A stretch of 64,000 nucleotides of DNA from Eutreptiella sp. 'Long Island Sound 2002' (Eukaryota > Protista > Euglenida), in assembly GCA_964036045.1 (NCBI GenBank), contig OZ038378.1, forward strand, positions 6,386,001-6,450,000, given 5' to 3'. The notes beneath the pieces are model-generated. The model saw nothing but the letters and a program-made list of their open reading frames with translations, did no database searches and had not been told where the DNA came from. Below, piece by piece: positions 1 through 13,049 of this stretch; position 1 is the first letter of the stretch; every line of letters starts with the position of its first letter. A program made the position numbers and the translations under genes.

Positions 1-635
1 CATGTCATGTCATGTCATGTCATGTCATGTCACGTCATGTCACGTCACGTCATGTCATGTCATGTCATGTCATGTCATGTCATGTCATGTCATGTCATGT
101 CATGTCATGTCATGTCATGTCATGTCATGTCATGTCATGTCACGTCATGTCACGTCACGTCATGTCACGTCACGTCATGTCATGTCATGTCATGTCATGT
201 CACGTCATGTCATGTCATGTCATGTCATGTCATGTCATGTCATGTCATGTCATGTCATGTCATGTCATGTCATGTCATGTCATGTCATGTCATGTCATGT
301 CATGTCATGTCATGTCATGTCATGTCATGTCATGTCATGTCATGTCATGTCATGTCATGTCATGTCATGTCATGTCATGTCATGTCATGTCATGTCACGT
401 CATGTCACGTCACGTCATGTCACGTCACGTCATGTCATGTCATGTCATGTCATGTCACGTCATGTCATGTCATGTCATGTCATGTCATGTCATGTCATGT
501 CATGTCATGTCATGTCATGTCATGTCATGTCATGTCATGTCATGTCATGTCATGTCATGTCATGTCATGTCATGTCATGTCATGTCATGTCATGTCATGT
601 CATGTCATGTCGTGTCATGTCATGTCATGTCATGT
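1..635. repeat. (CATGT)n pentanucleotide satellite with CACGT variants, running off the 5' edge of the window
   Basis: Continuous 5-bp tandem array seen directly. The MSCHV ORFs in the track are artefacts of this repeat. Confidence 0.99.
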
Positions 636-3499
636 CAGCCGTTGCTCAATGGCCGGGACACCCACCCTTCCGCACATACTGACCCCCCCCCCAAAGAAAA
701 ACCCCCAAAACACACATCAGAAAATTCCTCTCGAGCGAAGTATGAAATTTGCGGAGGGGGTTCGCTCGCTCTGTTCCCTCAGACCTATGAAGCCTTTCGG
801 TCGCTTTGCACTGTTTCACCCTGAGCCAAAGCTCGTGGGCCACACACTTTGGGCCGACTTAGAGCAGGGGCACACGGGCGGGAAATGGAAATGCATCGGC
901 GCTACAGGGCCTATGACAGGTCTACGATGTGCGCCTGAGAGGCATGGGCTCAGCCTTGCGCACTCTGCAATAGCGGCGGCGGCAGCAACATTAGCTACGA
1001 CGGTGGCATCCGCGTGAATGGAAAAGACAACGATATATCACCATCGCAGACCGTGTGTGTTACTGACTCTTGTTCGCGTAGTTCCTTCGCACGCTTCACT
1101 CATGTACAGAACGAGAGCCCACGGAACTCTGGGCTCTCGTGGGCTTTCGGTGGGCTGACCGTCCTTCTCCAATCTGTCAATCGCACGCACGTATGCGCGC
1201 ACTGTGCGGGTATCGGGGTCCTTTCTCTTGGATATACTGAGGCGGACAGGGGGGTGTTAAGGTGCATGGCAGGAGGGGAACCGGCCACTAACCTGAAGGG
1301 GGGGAGGGGGGGGCGCTTGTGGCTCACCCAAATCAACTGCGCGTGGCGGCAGCAGAGGCCCAGGCAGGCGCCCCGAGGCAGACGCCACAAGACCACAGCC
1401 ACTCGTGGGCGGAGAGGCAGGCGTCCCGCACATGGCATTTCGGGGGTGGGGGATGGGGCGGGGGGCCGAAAGAGTGGAGCCAGAACGACTTGTGTCGACC
1501 TTCATGGCACGAAGTGTGGCACGGAGCGCTTTCAGCCCCTTTCCGCCAAAGCAAGATGGACTTGCAGGGGGTGAGGGTTGCCCCCTTACGCCCTCGCTCA
1601 TTCGCACCCCTGTTACTACCCCATGTGGCGCCGATGCTCTGAAGGGTAGACGGGGTTATTTTATATGGGGACACGGATCGAAGGCTGTAACCGTATTTGA
1701 TGACGATGGTGCGCAACGAAACGACTGGGGGCAGTCGTTTTTTTTGGGGGGGGGCGTGTCACAATGTGAGTGCGATTACATTTTCATTAATTGCTTTACA
1801 CAAAAACAGGTGGTAGACGTGGAAAGGGCGGTTCATTTGGGCACGTATTGGCACCAAACCATCGTCACGTACATCAATTCGCTGTTGGGTTAATGCATCG
1901 CGGATTGTCAGACCGGCTCTTCTGACGGAACCACAGCTCAAATTCAGTCTTGTAGTTGTTGCCGGATGTAGTTGAATTGTTTTGCCCTTCTCTGCCCCGC
2001 TTATTGGGATTGTGCAGCTGTTAGTTGTACGAAATTGTTCTGATTGGGCATGTCAAGTAGTATCCAGCACCCATATTCTGCAGTAGCGGTACCAGTTCTT
2101 GTCCAGGCACCTTATTGAACTGCAGTGTGATGAAGTTGGCCCTCGGCTTCTTGTACTTCTTGTACGCTCACTAGGCGGTCATGAAATGCCTTGTTGCAGG
2201 GTGAGGTTTTCTTTTTTTGGTGGAAAATCACCTCGACTTGGCATTTCAATTGTGTGCGCCATCCCCAACACAATTGGAGGGCCAATGTGCGAAATATACT
2301 CAGGTCGAAATTTGGCGATCTTGTTTGTTGTGCCATTTCCTCTGTTGCCCAGCATCTGTAGATGGGGCATCGCCAAGTCTGTTGTGTGCTTCGCAGTATA
2401 ATGGAAAGGTACGAAGCCTCTCGCCGTTGGTCATCCTTGTTTGCACAGCTGTGCACTTTTTATAAACAGCGTGTTTCATTTTGTAGTTCCCAAGCCCAGA
2501 ACCAATGAGGGCCAAGAAAAGCTTTCAAAGATGGTTTGTCAACTCAAAGCGACGCTGTGAAATGGCACGGTGGTTTCCATGTTCACCAAAAGCATGGGCT
2601 GATTGGCATGCTGGTCTTGGATCCACCTGGAAATTGGCGTGCAAACCTGCATCCTCCCAAAATGTAACAGTACAATCCCGGATCTTTCAAGAAATTAACA
2701 GTGCATTCTGGGAGTTTCATTCCGCAACGCACTCCTTGCAATGGACACCGGCCCCCGCCCATTTCATGGACGAATTCTGCAAAGACATTGTCACATCATT
2801 TGGGTGCAAAATTTCCCACAGTGAATGGGGGATGACTGCATGCGAAATATTTTAGCCCCTGCTGCTTTGGAAACCCTAATATCTTTGGGGTGTTGAGGGC
2901 ATTTGGGTCCACCGGTTGTGGGAAATGTACTCGGGCTCAGGCAGCCACAAATCCACTATGTCTAGCCCCCATGCAGCAAGTGCTACACAACCAACAGTCC
3001 ATTGTGTGCCCCAATACAATGAAATGCAAACCATCGCACCACTATGCGTAGGTCCAAATATGGCCCGGCACATGGATACAACAATCCACTACGCATATGG
3101 ATGCAACAATCCACTGTATTCCCCCCCCCCAAACAAGGCAAGGACTGTGCAACAAACTGACTCTTTACTAGTAAAGGACACTTCGATGGCAGAATCTATG
3201 CAGCAAACACTACTTTGTGTGGGCAGAATGTGGCAGTGGGTGCACAACCCACTTTGTAGGCCTCTGTTACAGTAGCCGTTTTGGCAATACAATCCTTCAT
3301 GCATTGGGGTACTCAAAGCAGAGAAGACATACCTCCTACCCTATCAGGGCAAAAATCTATGGATTGTCGGCTAACCCCCCCCCCCCCCCCGTTTTGACCG
3401 AAGCCCCCCACTACAACAAACCCCCCCATATAAACCGAACCCTCAGACCTGAGACAGCGTGCACACGAATACACCGGACCATTGCACAGAAACTGTATT

Positions 3500-4990
3500 T
3501 CGCTACACACTGTCTCTCTTCACTGTGGATTGTTGTTTGGACGGAAGAATGAAGCAATGGAAAGCTGCTTTTTTTTGGGGGGGGGGGTTGTGCAATAGGC
3601 TCAGGAGCACGAGGTGGCTTTGCAGCAGCCAAAACTGTTGCCTGAAGTGTCTGGATGACATCATCCTCTTTGGCACACTTATAATCGCTGGGCGTGGCAA
3701 ACAGCTTCATCAGCCTGGTGTGTTGACTGTGAATATAGCCAAACTGCACAAACTTTTCAAATATAGTGGGCTCCAATGCCCACATGGTGAGCTCATGTGC
3801 CTCTGCACAAGCAAAGAAACAGCAATACATTTTGCACCTGCACTCATTTTCCGTGTCTTGCCATGAACAGTCCGGGCATGCACTTTCCTGTAGTTCGTTT
3901 TAGAAAGAAACATACAAAATGCATCCAACTACTGGATATAAGATGTCATACTTGCAGGGACACGTGTAGGAACCAGTTTCTTGCTATCCATTTCCTGTTT
4001 TAGTGCATCAGTCCAATGCTGCCTTGCACAATCTAAAACCATGGACATGGGTGACAGATTGCCTGCAAACCACTTCCCTAAAAGCGTGACCATTAAAGGC
4101 CCATCTACGACTCCCTTGTCTTGGAACAAACAGATCACTCGGTCATCATACAGAGTTTTCTCTCGTTGGGGGACATTCCCCTAGCCCTTGAAAACAAGGA
4201 CAGGCTTCTTTTTGATAACCTGCCCATCCAAAGTCACGCCAACAAAAGGCATATATGTGCAGAAGCGTTTTGCGTCTTCTGCTGGAATGTTTGAAACTTC
4301 CTCGCCATTATTACCCCGGAGAACGACAAAACGTGTGATTTCCCCATCAAAAGAAAGTGGGGCCTGATTGGCATTTAGCACTGCCTCAACTTTCCAAAAA
4401 TGTCCAGCTGCGCGTAGGTACGTCAGAAATGAGTTGACTGCAGCTGCTTGTTCATCAGGGGTCAATAAGGACACCCGCTTGCACTTTCAGAAACGGATGC
4501 CCCACCACAACGGGTGCGCCAATTTTTCTCTAGCAGCTTTTTTGTCTCCACGCCAAACTCCTCGGCCACAGTCTGCACCTGAAAACGGGGTGCAGTGAGA
4601 AAACAATGTGACCATGGAGAAATTTCTTCACGTGTCACAAGGTATGCACAAACCTGGTCCCAAAACACAGTTGGATGTGTTTTCAATCCATTTTCCAGTT
4701 GGGTATCCAACCAAGCGACGTCCGAAACCTCCAGCTGTTGATAAATTGCTTTGCGGCCAGCTCCAGTCCATCGTTTTTGGCGGAGGCCAGATGTGCCGGC
4801 TGATGCCAGGCGGCAACAGTCCTCACGGGTGGCATTCTCCGCCTTTTTCCACTCTGATAGAAAAGACTTGCCGAGCTGCCAGTGAGATAAAATTTTCGTT
4901 CGAACGTGGCACTGATTCCCATTTGCCTCCTTCAGCTTCACGAGAGCATACATTTTGTGACCAAAGGACCAGGGCCGCCTCCCCTTTTCC
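3500..4990 (-). mobile_element. Degenerate pogo/Tigger-like (Tc1/mariner superfamily) transposase
   Basis: Stitched minus-strand ORFs give an ordered pogo architecture: HTH (MYALVKLKEANGNQ...SEWKK), CENP-B-type HTH (GAGRKAIYQQLE...W), DDE_1 core (LNANQAPLSFDG...KRFCTYMP...KKPVLVFKG; MVLDCARQHWT...VPASMTSYIQ*LD...KTNYRK) and tail (WALEPTIFEKFVQFGYI). Stops and frameshifts are present. Confidence 0.8.
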
Positions 4991-6499
4991 CGGCGGTGTA
5001 TGCCAATGTTGGCTCAGATCTTTTTTCTGTTTCTTTGCTCGAGGTTCGGCATCTAAGGCATTGTCAAACGCATTTGCGGCCCCAGATGCTTCAACTAGTC
5101 GTTGCAACAGCTGCTCATCAGACAGCTGTGTTGCATGCGGCTGATCAACATCAGCCCCACCATCTGCATCGGCAGGGTCATCCTCACATTCTCCATGAGC
5201 ACAAGCAGCATCACGGAGGACATCCACTTCAAAATCGGACTCAATAGAACTGCACTCGTCATCATCACTACTGGAAACATTGTTTTCATCAACAAAATCA
5301 TACAAATCTTTTGGCCATATTCTGTTCAGAAGCGAACATAGATGGGAGGACCCAAATATAACGAACCCCCCCACTATAACGAACCATCCCACAAAAAACA
5401 GCAACGCCAAAGTTATACTGAACGGTCCGGTGTGTACGAGGGGGGGGGGGGGGTTAGGCTTTCTATGCCACATCACGGCCACGCAAAGTTGACGGTCGGC
5501 GACATTTGGCGAACCTTTCTTGCCGTTGTCCGCCATATAATTCCTCGTATTGTCCCAAAATGGCACCGCAACCCCTACTGCGTGGGGACAGTACATAGTT
5601 GCGCATTCTACATTCTGTGCCGCATTGCCCCTCTGACCACAGGAATTTGATGAGATCATGGGCCCTGCACAAATGGCAACAGTCATGAAGCCAGCAATTC
5701 GCATTGCAAACCTGTATGACAAGAGATGCATAGCCAGCAATCCACGTGTGTGCGTGTGGTAGGGGATGGGCTGCACAATCTCATCGGTAACCTGCAGCCA
5801 CAGGGGGGCATCATAATATTTCAGTCCTGGCTGCATGACCGTTGCCATACCCGGGTCACCAGTGCAAGGTGGAATTACCCAGTTCTTGCCATATGAGGGT
5901 TGCAGGGTGGGTCGTTGATGTGCCATCCCCAAAATGTTCGGGTGGTAGAATGCAGAGTTGCAAGGACTCAAATGGGACACTCGTACTGGGATGTGGCAAC
6001 AACAAACCCAAACCTTATGGGCCAACACCCTAATAAGCCCACTCACCCAAGCGACCCGTGTCCAAGACCGAAAGGCTCATGCTCAAATGTGGCTGATGGA
6101 TTTCTAGCAACATACCGCTCAAGACCTCTCAGAGCGGTAGTGCCCTGGCTAGGAGACGGTGACGATGGCGGAGCGCCAACATATTTTGCTGGCATCAAAA
6201 AATTTTCTTGTTTGAATGGATCCCTACCATGGGGGTGTCCTAGCGTGTAACACGTGTCAAGATCTTGGGCATGCCCTTCATCCCTTGGTGCAAGCATGCT
6301 GTGATTACTTGTTGCTCATAGCGCACACACTCCAATAGTTGGAAGAATATGCAGGGGACTGGGGTCCGTATGATAGACTGAATGTCCCCACCATAGACAA
6401 TTCCAGCGCTTAGTGCATCATTAACTACACATCCCGTACTGCATTAGGGGCTTGGAGGCACATGAATAGTGGATTGCTGGTTATGGAGCTTTGCGGCAT

Positions 6500-7300
6500 T
6501 GGGAACACACTCTTGACTCCTCACTGCTCGGGGTATCCTGATCAGTCAAGGTTTCTGTAGTGACCGGACACCTCCCCGCTTTTGGAACCCAATGCGGCAA
6601 GATTTACAGAGCTAATAAAGCCCCCCGCCCCTCATCCCTCTGCGTTAGGGATAGAGCATGGAACACACCAACAATCCGCTTTGTGCATGGTGATACAGTG
6701 GGGGGGTAATGCAGCAAGCCTCAAACCCCCAGAGGAAGGGGGGGGGGGGTTACACCAGGTAGCACATTGCCTTAACCCTGTGGCTCACAAAAAGCATTCT
6801 CATAGGCCTTACAAAACCAATTTACCCCCACCCCCCTTGCTTTTGGTGTCCAAATATGGCACAGGTTATGCATCAAGAATCATTCCCAGTTTTGGAAACT
6901 CCATATTGCGAGCGTTCTACAACTGTTTTATGGTGAATTTTATGGGAACACCATGATATCAGTGTCCGCAAAGCGCCGAGTAGGGAGGGCTCAAATCGGG
7001 ACATATCTTTTGCAACCTACAGGTGCTCAGGACAGGGAAAGCTAGGTTTTCCAGCCCTGTACCAGGGTAGAGCCACCGAATATTGAGAGGAGGGGATTGG
7101 AAAGCGGTGGAGGCTTTTCCATTGATGCCAAAGGGGGTAAGAATGATTTGTACAATGGTTGCCCACCACAAAAATGTCTATGATGCATGCATGTCTATCA
7201 CATAGTGCTAAAATGGTAAAGCACATGGATCTCCTTAAGGTCGACTAAATGCTGAGCTGGTGGCACATTGAGGGAATATACACGGTTATCCCTCTCCGTT
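6500..7300 (-). mobile_element. Possible heavily decayed Penelope-like reverse transcriptase
   Basis: Scattered fragments (RRFADTDIMVF, YHGVPI, PVPYLD, YPPTVSP...LTQR) occur in plausible RT/thumb order but across frames with many stops. Confidence 0.3.
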
Positions 7301-7936
7301 AAATACTACAGTACATCATGTAAGGGAACGTTTTACTTGGGTGAGTTACTTTGCTTTGTCCCCATGCGATGTAGTACTTCATGCCCCATGAAGTAGGTAT
7401 GGCAGGTGTCCTGCTACCAGTGTTACCCAATTAGCCTTAGAGTTAGGCTTAGGATCAGACCTAGCCCTTCCCTTATCCGAGCCCTGCCCTAATCAAGACC
7501 GAGTATTGGGACTGTGTGGAGAAGGGAACATTGCACACTGTACACGAGGCACACCACACACTGCACGCCATGCACTTTGTACATTGCACTGTGTCCATTT
7601 TTGCACAGCACACATTGCGCACTTGAGCTTTGCACATTGTACAACCATGCACGTTGCACCTTGCACACCGCAGAAATGGCAGGCTGTAGTGCTTTTGCTT
7701 TGTCTGCTCAACCATCAGGGAAAGACCCAGGTGCTTGTCAGTTATCCACAGCCGCATGCATTTCCCATGCTGGGACCTTGGCATATTGTCAGAATTGCAG
7801 CAGGTTGTGTCAAACGTTTACGTCAGCAATGACGGATGGTTGGACCTGAATTGTTTTGTCTTTGTGCACCGCCACCCTGTCCGCTTGGCAACATCACATG
7901 CTTCACTTGCGCTTCACAGCACTGCATTATTTGATC

Positions 7937-9052
7937 ATGGCAGTGTCTGGTGCGCCTGTAGGCCTTGAGTTTTCCATCATGAACGGCACACACAAAGGAC
8001 TTGTCTTGTTCATGCACTGCGCCACCACCCTGACCACTTTGGGCGAAGCTGCACTGTGGGTCAATGGTGAGGTCCAGCAGCAACACTTCGTGAGGGCCTT
8101 CTACATGGGGGACTTCGGTGTCATCCATTTAGACCACAGGACCAATGCAAAGAAGGTGGTCGATTTCCTCTGTTACACCAGACCAATCCCACTGCTACTC
8201 ACAAAAGCAAGGGCTCTGGGCCAAGGCATTCGAGTGGATGTAAAAATGCCGGACCCACCGCTGTGGCTCCACAGTGACAATCTGGTGTTGGAAGTTAAGA
8301 GGGACATTGAGGAAGCAACGGGCATCCCAATCGAAACCCAAAGGCTGTTTTACGGTCGTCGGCAGCTCCAAAAAGAAAGGACCGTCGGCTCCTACAATGT
8401 GTCAGAGGGCGCTGAGCTTGTCTTTGAATACGATATGATTGGCAGTAATCTTTACGCGGCTCCTTTTTGTGACATCACCAACGAAGCAGCCCTTCTCCGT
8501 CGCCCTTGGAATAGGAATGCCCCAAAGTGGAGAATTGCCTACAAAGGGCTTTGTTTGGAAGGCCGGTGCACCACTATCTCGTGTGAGGCGTTTGGCCAGA
8601 TGGTGGTCTCCAACCGCGGGTTCTCTGATTTCGACCTTATCACCCAACACGACGAGATTCGGTGCCCCCTGTGTGGGGGGAATGTGATTCCCACAGCACC
8701 CGGGTTCAACAACTGTTTTTCCAAGGTGTTGGCGCAGAAGGCTGCAAGCTGCAGCCTCTTCCAAACCGGCTGGATCAAATGTGAGGACGAGTGGGTGACA
8801 TATGACGAGTACAGGGCGGGGACTGCTGTGTTCAGCCGGCTTCAGATTTTCGTGGGGGACATTCCCGAATCCCGCACACCGCTCCCCGAGCTCAGGAACA
8901 TGGAACGTGGTGTAGGATGTGAACGCTTTGTGCCGATGGACACTTTGCTTGGGCGGCTGGTGAACCTTAATATCAAGGAGCGGGACATTGGCGCCGTGGA
9001 AATGTGCCACTTGAACCTTGGCTATCCACTTGTGGAGTGCACGGAGAGCTAA
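7937..9052 (+). CDS. Ubiquitin-like domain protein with a Cys-rich C-terminal domain; start codon uncertain
   Basis: UBL: VKRDIEEATGIPIETQRLFYGRRQLQKERTVGSYNVSEGAELVFEYDMIG. It is followed by WRIAYKGLCLEGRC...C...RGFSDFDL...RCPLCGG...PGFNNC, which resembles an uncharacterised UBL-associated family I recall from ciliates, oomycetes and fungi. The N-terminal ~80 aa may be a second divergent UBL. The ATG at 7937 follows a pyrimidine-rich CAG (7917-7919). Intronless as read. Confidence 0.8.
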   Translation: MAVSGAPVGLEFSIMNGTHKGLVLFMHCATTLTTLGEAALWVNGEVQQQHFVRAFYMGDFGVIHLDHRTNAKKVVDFLCYTRPIPLLLTKARALGQGIRVDVKMPDPPLWLHSDNLVLEVKRDIEEATGIPIETQRLFYGRRQLQKERTVGSYNVSEGAELVFEYDMIGSNLYAAPFCDITNEAALLRRPWNRNAPKWRIAYKGLCLEGRCTTISCEAFGQMVVSNRGFSDFDLITQHDEIRCPLCGGNVIPTAPGFNNCFSKVLAQKAASCSLFQTGWIKCEDEWVTYDEYRAGTAVFSRLQIFVGDIPESRTPLPELRNMERGVGCERFVPMDTLLGRLVNLNIKERDIGAVEMCHLNLGYPLVECTES

Positions 9053-9058
9053 CGCAAC

Positions 9059-9691
9059 ATGTTGTACGAGGAGATGGCTCCGTTGCAGGCGGACGATGAG
9101 GGCGAGGTACACCGGCAAGAATGCAGCCGGCGGTGGTATGGAAGGCGCCCCGATGAGCTGGAGGACATAGCGTGGTCCGCGATGGAGGCCCGTTGGAACG
9201 CGAAATTCGAGGAGTTGAGCAAGCCCCACGTTCCCGTGTTTCGGCCATGGTACCGGGCGACCACCACAGATGCTCGGTACTCTGAGTTGTACGCAAAGCA
9301 ACGGTTTGAGTTGCATTTTCCATGGCGGAGCAGTATCGAGACGGCGATGGTGGCGAAGTATCCAACGGGGTCCTGGGTGGAGAAGCTGGATTTATGGGTA
9401 CAAGATGGATCATGCCCAATGGTGGTTGTCCGAGAGTACGAGAAAGCGGTCCGGTCTGCTGAGGCTGCTGCACAGGGGGAGCAATCTGGTGTAGAGGCGG
9501 AGCGCGAGGTTGGTTCCGATGTGGACAGCGAGCACACCGGTGCATTTCAGCCCCCCCAGCATTGCGGCATCTGTTTTTCTGCCCTTGTCGAGGACAAGCA
9601 GCATCTGCCTTGCGGGCATGTCTTTCATCCGCACTGCATCCGTCACTTCGTCGGCTCCGCGCACGTCAATCCCAAGTGCCCTCTGTGCTGA
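9059..9691 (+). CDS. RING-H2 (C3H2C3) finger ORF, in frame with the upstream UBL ORF; probably its C-terminal half
   Basis: CGIC...LPCGHVFHPHCI...KCPLC at the extreme C-terminus. It is separated from the upstream ORF only by TAA-CGC-AAC in the same frame. Confidence 0.8.
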   Translation: MLYEEMAPLQADDEGEVHRQECSRRWYGRRPDELEDIAWSAMEARWNAKFEELSKPHVPVFRPWYRATTTDARYSELYAKQRFELHFPWRSSIETAMVAKYPTGSWVEKLDLWVQDGSCPMVVVREYEKAVRSAEAAAQGEQSGVEAEREVGSDVDSEHTGAFQPPQHCGICFSALVEDKQHLPCGHVFHPHCIRHFVGSAHVNPKCPLC

Positions 9692-11899
9692 GCCTTTTCA
9701 GGGCGTTCCCACACAAGTGCTGGACCGGGGCCCTCCTCCTCCTCGTTATGAACGAGGGCTGGTGTGCTCAGGTCACGCACGTGTGCATTTGATTGGTGGA
9801 ATGCGGACTAAGATGTGTATCCCTCCTCATGGATGTCTGCTGCGCACAACTGGCGGAAAACAGCATACGTCATGCCTGTTCAACTCACGGCACGTGGCCC
9901 CCGTTTAGTCCCATATGACAGATGGGATTGATGGAGGACGCATTCTGTGCAATGAAGCCAACCATCGCCTGTGGGAGATTGAAGTGTTCCATGTTTAACA
10001 CGGACTGCATTCTCGCCGCTATTGCAAATGGTGCCACCTGTTTACAGCTCCGCTCCTTGCAGCTCCCCTTTTAATCCCTTCCTCTTCAAGCAACACCTGC
10101 CAGGCGACTGGTAGACACGGTTCTTGCGTGCCTGTTCTAGTGATGAGCATGTGTGTCCTGGCATTCCCGTGCTCTCTGGCAAGTAAACTGTTTGCCTGCC
10201 TTGTGTGCCATGTCATGATGCTCCGCAATGTCACACATGCTTCGGAGTATTAGGTAGTGCGGATATGCTGGTCAGCATTTTGTACGATAGCAGCTGTTTT
10301 GCAAAATTCGATGCAATTGTGGATGCCACAATGCATTGAAGAGCCCGTTGTTGGGTGTGTCTGGGGTGGGTGGCTGAAGTGTACAGTCCATCTTCTCTAA
10401 AGTCACCTGCTCTTGTGGTGGTGTGCTTTTGTAACATATTTTCTAACGCGAGAGGCATTTGTGCACAAAGTGTTTGGTGGTCCCTTAGTGTATGAGGAAT
10501 TTGTGCTTCTTGGTAGCCCAGACACATTTTTGTAGGCTTGTGATGGACATGGCGGATTTTAAGCATAAAAGCTGGCACACTGTGCGTTGAGCTGAGATGC
10601 AACAGTCAAAATGCAGTCTCCATTGAGCTGAGATGCAACAGTCAAAAAGTGGTCTCTATGTGTGCAACAGTTTTGGTACTACAGCTGGCTTCTCCAGAGA
10701 AACAGGCAATAAGGTTGGCCTGATTTTCATGGGTAGTGGTTGTCAAAGTGGTTCGTAGCGGTTAGTGTTAAAAGTCACGTCTCCTGCTGTTTGTGCCAAG
10801 GAGGGCACATTTTGGTTTGACAATGGCGGCCACTATTCGTCAATCCGGTCCCCAGGCCGGTCGAAATTTTTTCTTCTATATGGGGTTGGAGGGTGGCCTG
10901 CCAGACCCCCCCACCCCTGCCATAAGGAGCAGGGGCTACTGTAGGGATGGGTGAACCCTAACATCAAGACTTGCGACTAGGACCGAGCTGGGTCCTTATG
11001 GTTCTCATGAACCTGGTTGAAAAACGGCTCATTTTCACCTCAAAACGGACCACAGCCGTGAACGACCAACGTTCACATGCCAACCGCCCACGGTGTTGTA
11101 GCCAGCTGTCGGTGGTCAGGTGCAGGAAGCGTGGCGGTATCAATCAGCATCATGACGCGAACCCATCAGGCAGTAAAGCGGCCACAGGCGGAGATTGTAT
11201 CCACAAAGAGGACCAGGGACGTAGCACGATGCCTGTCTGGGAAAGGGAGGCAAGTCGAGCCGGGAGAAGGGGCTTCCTCCATGTTCGTGTCCTCTGACCA
11301 CGGTTCAAAAACCAGATGCCTCATTGAACACCCATTTGCAATCATTTGATAGCCCAATAGCTGTAGAGGAAGAACGGCCCGCAGTGGACACGTCTACATG
11401 ACACACTGGCGATCATCCTACACTTTCAGCTGTGCAATGCAGATTTTGAGCACAGCACAATGCAAAGTGCATGCACTCTCCACAGATTGCACACATTGCA
11501 GTGCGCACTGTTCCCATTGTACACTCTGCACACCATGGTGCACCCTGAATACTCAACACTCTACACATCCAACACTCTGCACAATGCAACACAGTGCACA
11601 ATGCATGCTGTGCACATTGCACTCCACATGCCGCATGGTGCACAAGCTCTGCACTTTAACCTTTTTTGCTCCCCAAATGGCCCCTTTTCAATGTTTTTGG
11701 GGAACTTCCATGCTCAAAAACAGCCTAAAACCACTTCCTTGCCCACCCCAAGTGATGTAGGAACAATTTTGGAAAAACACGTTTCACCAAGTCACCCGCC
11801 TATCCCACCCTCGCATGTGCACAGTGCGCCACTCCATGGTGGCAACCGGGCATGAAGGGTGCTGATGGTACACAAAGGGCCTCCCAATGTCCACATGCA

Positions 11900-12600
11900 T
11901 CATTATTCGCCACCACAAGGGTCACCCAAGGCAATACATGGTGTTCAAACTGTGCAAAGGTGCACAAATATTTGAAAGAGTGGCCATTGCAGGTCATTCA
12001 GGGCTGTTTTTGGCTGTAGTTGGCCCATACAAAGGTTCATTGAAGCTGCCATTTGGGTAGGAAAGCTGGCAAACAGTGCCTCAAAGTGGTTTTCCATCGC
12101 ATAGGCTTGTTTCAGTGCAAATGACCCCACCACATACAAACCATGACTGCCAAAAACAGCATTGTTTTTTTTTGGCCCACTATCTCTACTTGCGGGGCCC
12201 ATACCCAGCCACCACGGTTGAGTTTCCCCCTCCATTTTCATACTCACAGGTATCAACCACCAATATCTCAGTGGGAATCGAACCACGGCAATGGAGCCGT
12301 TTTGGGTGTGTTGCTAAAAGGGGTAGCTCCACTCGACACCCCGAAAAAGAGCTCGGTGACTGTGACCCTACCCTTCCAACCCCCTGACCTGCCCCCTTGG
12401 CTCCCCTATGAAACAAAAGGGCATTAGTGTTGGCGAGGCAGGTTTTGTAACGGCACTGCGAGTGATGTAGCGTCATTGCTGTCATTGATCCCCTCAACTG
12501 GAGATACAGAGCCCCTGTGACTGTCCTGCTACTTTTGATATGACTGAAGCAATTTTTTTTTGCGGTTCGACGTAGTTTCGGCATAGGTCTAAGATGACAT
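11900..12600 (-). mobile_element. Possible highly decayed DDE transposase relic
   Basis: Weak cross-frame similarity (ALNDLQ...HL/FAQF) to the YNDVH...EHLFAR motif of the DDE copies at 23.7, 25.8 and 33.7 kb. Confidence 0.2.
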
Positions 12601-13049
12601 TACCCACAGCGCGATGGCTGTATGGTCATGGACCTGCACCCCCCATACCATTCCAATGTGCTGGTCCATAACACAGTTCAAAATTTCGAGATGCATTTCA
12701 CATGGGGGTGTCACATGTGGTCCGGTGCCCCGAATGTAGTGACACCCGATCCATAAATAGTCACCCGGTGCGCACACCATCGCGTGTTCCCGTAAGGGCT
12801 CGGTTCAGGGCTCTGGGCAGAGGACTGCAGTCCGTGAGACTTGCCAAGCGCGGAAAACCTAAACAGCCCAATCGATTCCTGAAGAAAGGCAGACCGTGCT
12901 CTTTGTGCCGTCTGTGTAATGAGTATCGTGACGGTCTCATCCGCAACAGGACCAACGGCGTCTCGAACAACACAGACGATCTTTGAAGGCATCAAACTGT
13001 GCACACACCGTTCTTTCAAGTCCCCCCTTGGGGCTTATCCACGATTTCC

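Noticed and set aside
2-1017. Long MSCHV-repeat ORFs
   Set aside because: These are translations of the (CATGT)n satellite in three frames.
4823-6046. 407-aa minus-strand ORF as a gene
   Set aside because: It runs across repeat ends and poly-G tracts; it appears to be a chance fusion of decayed TE sequence and the pogo 5' region.
9050-9052. Genome-wide TAA reassignment as the explanation for the split UBL-RING frame
   Set aside because: More than 2000 codons in the other genes contain no in-frame TAA, so a general code change is unsupported.
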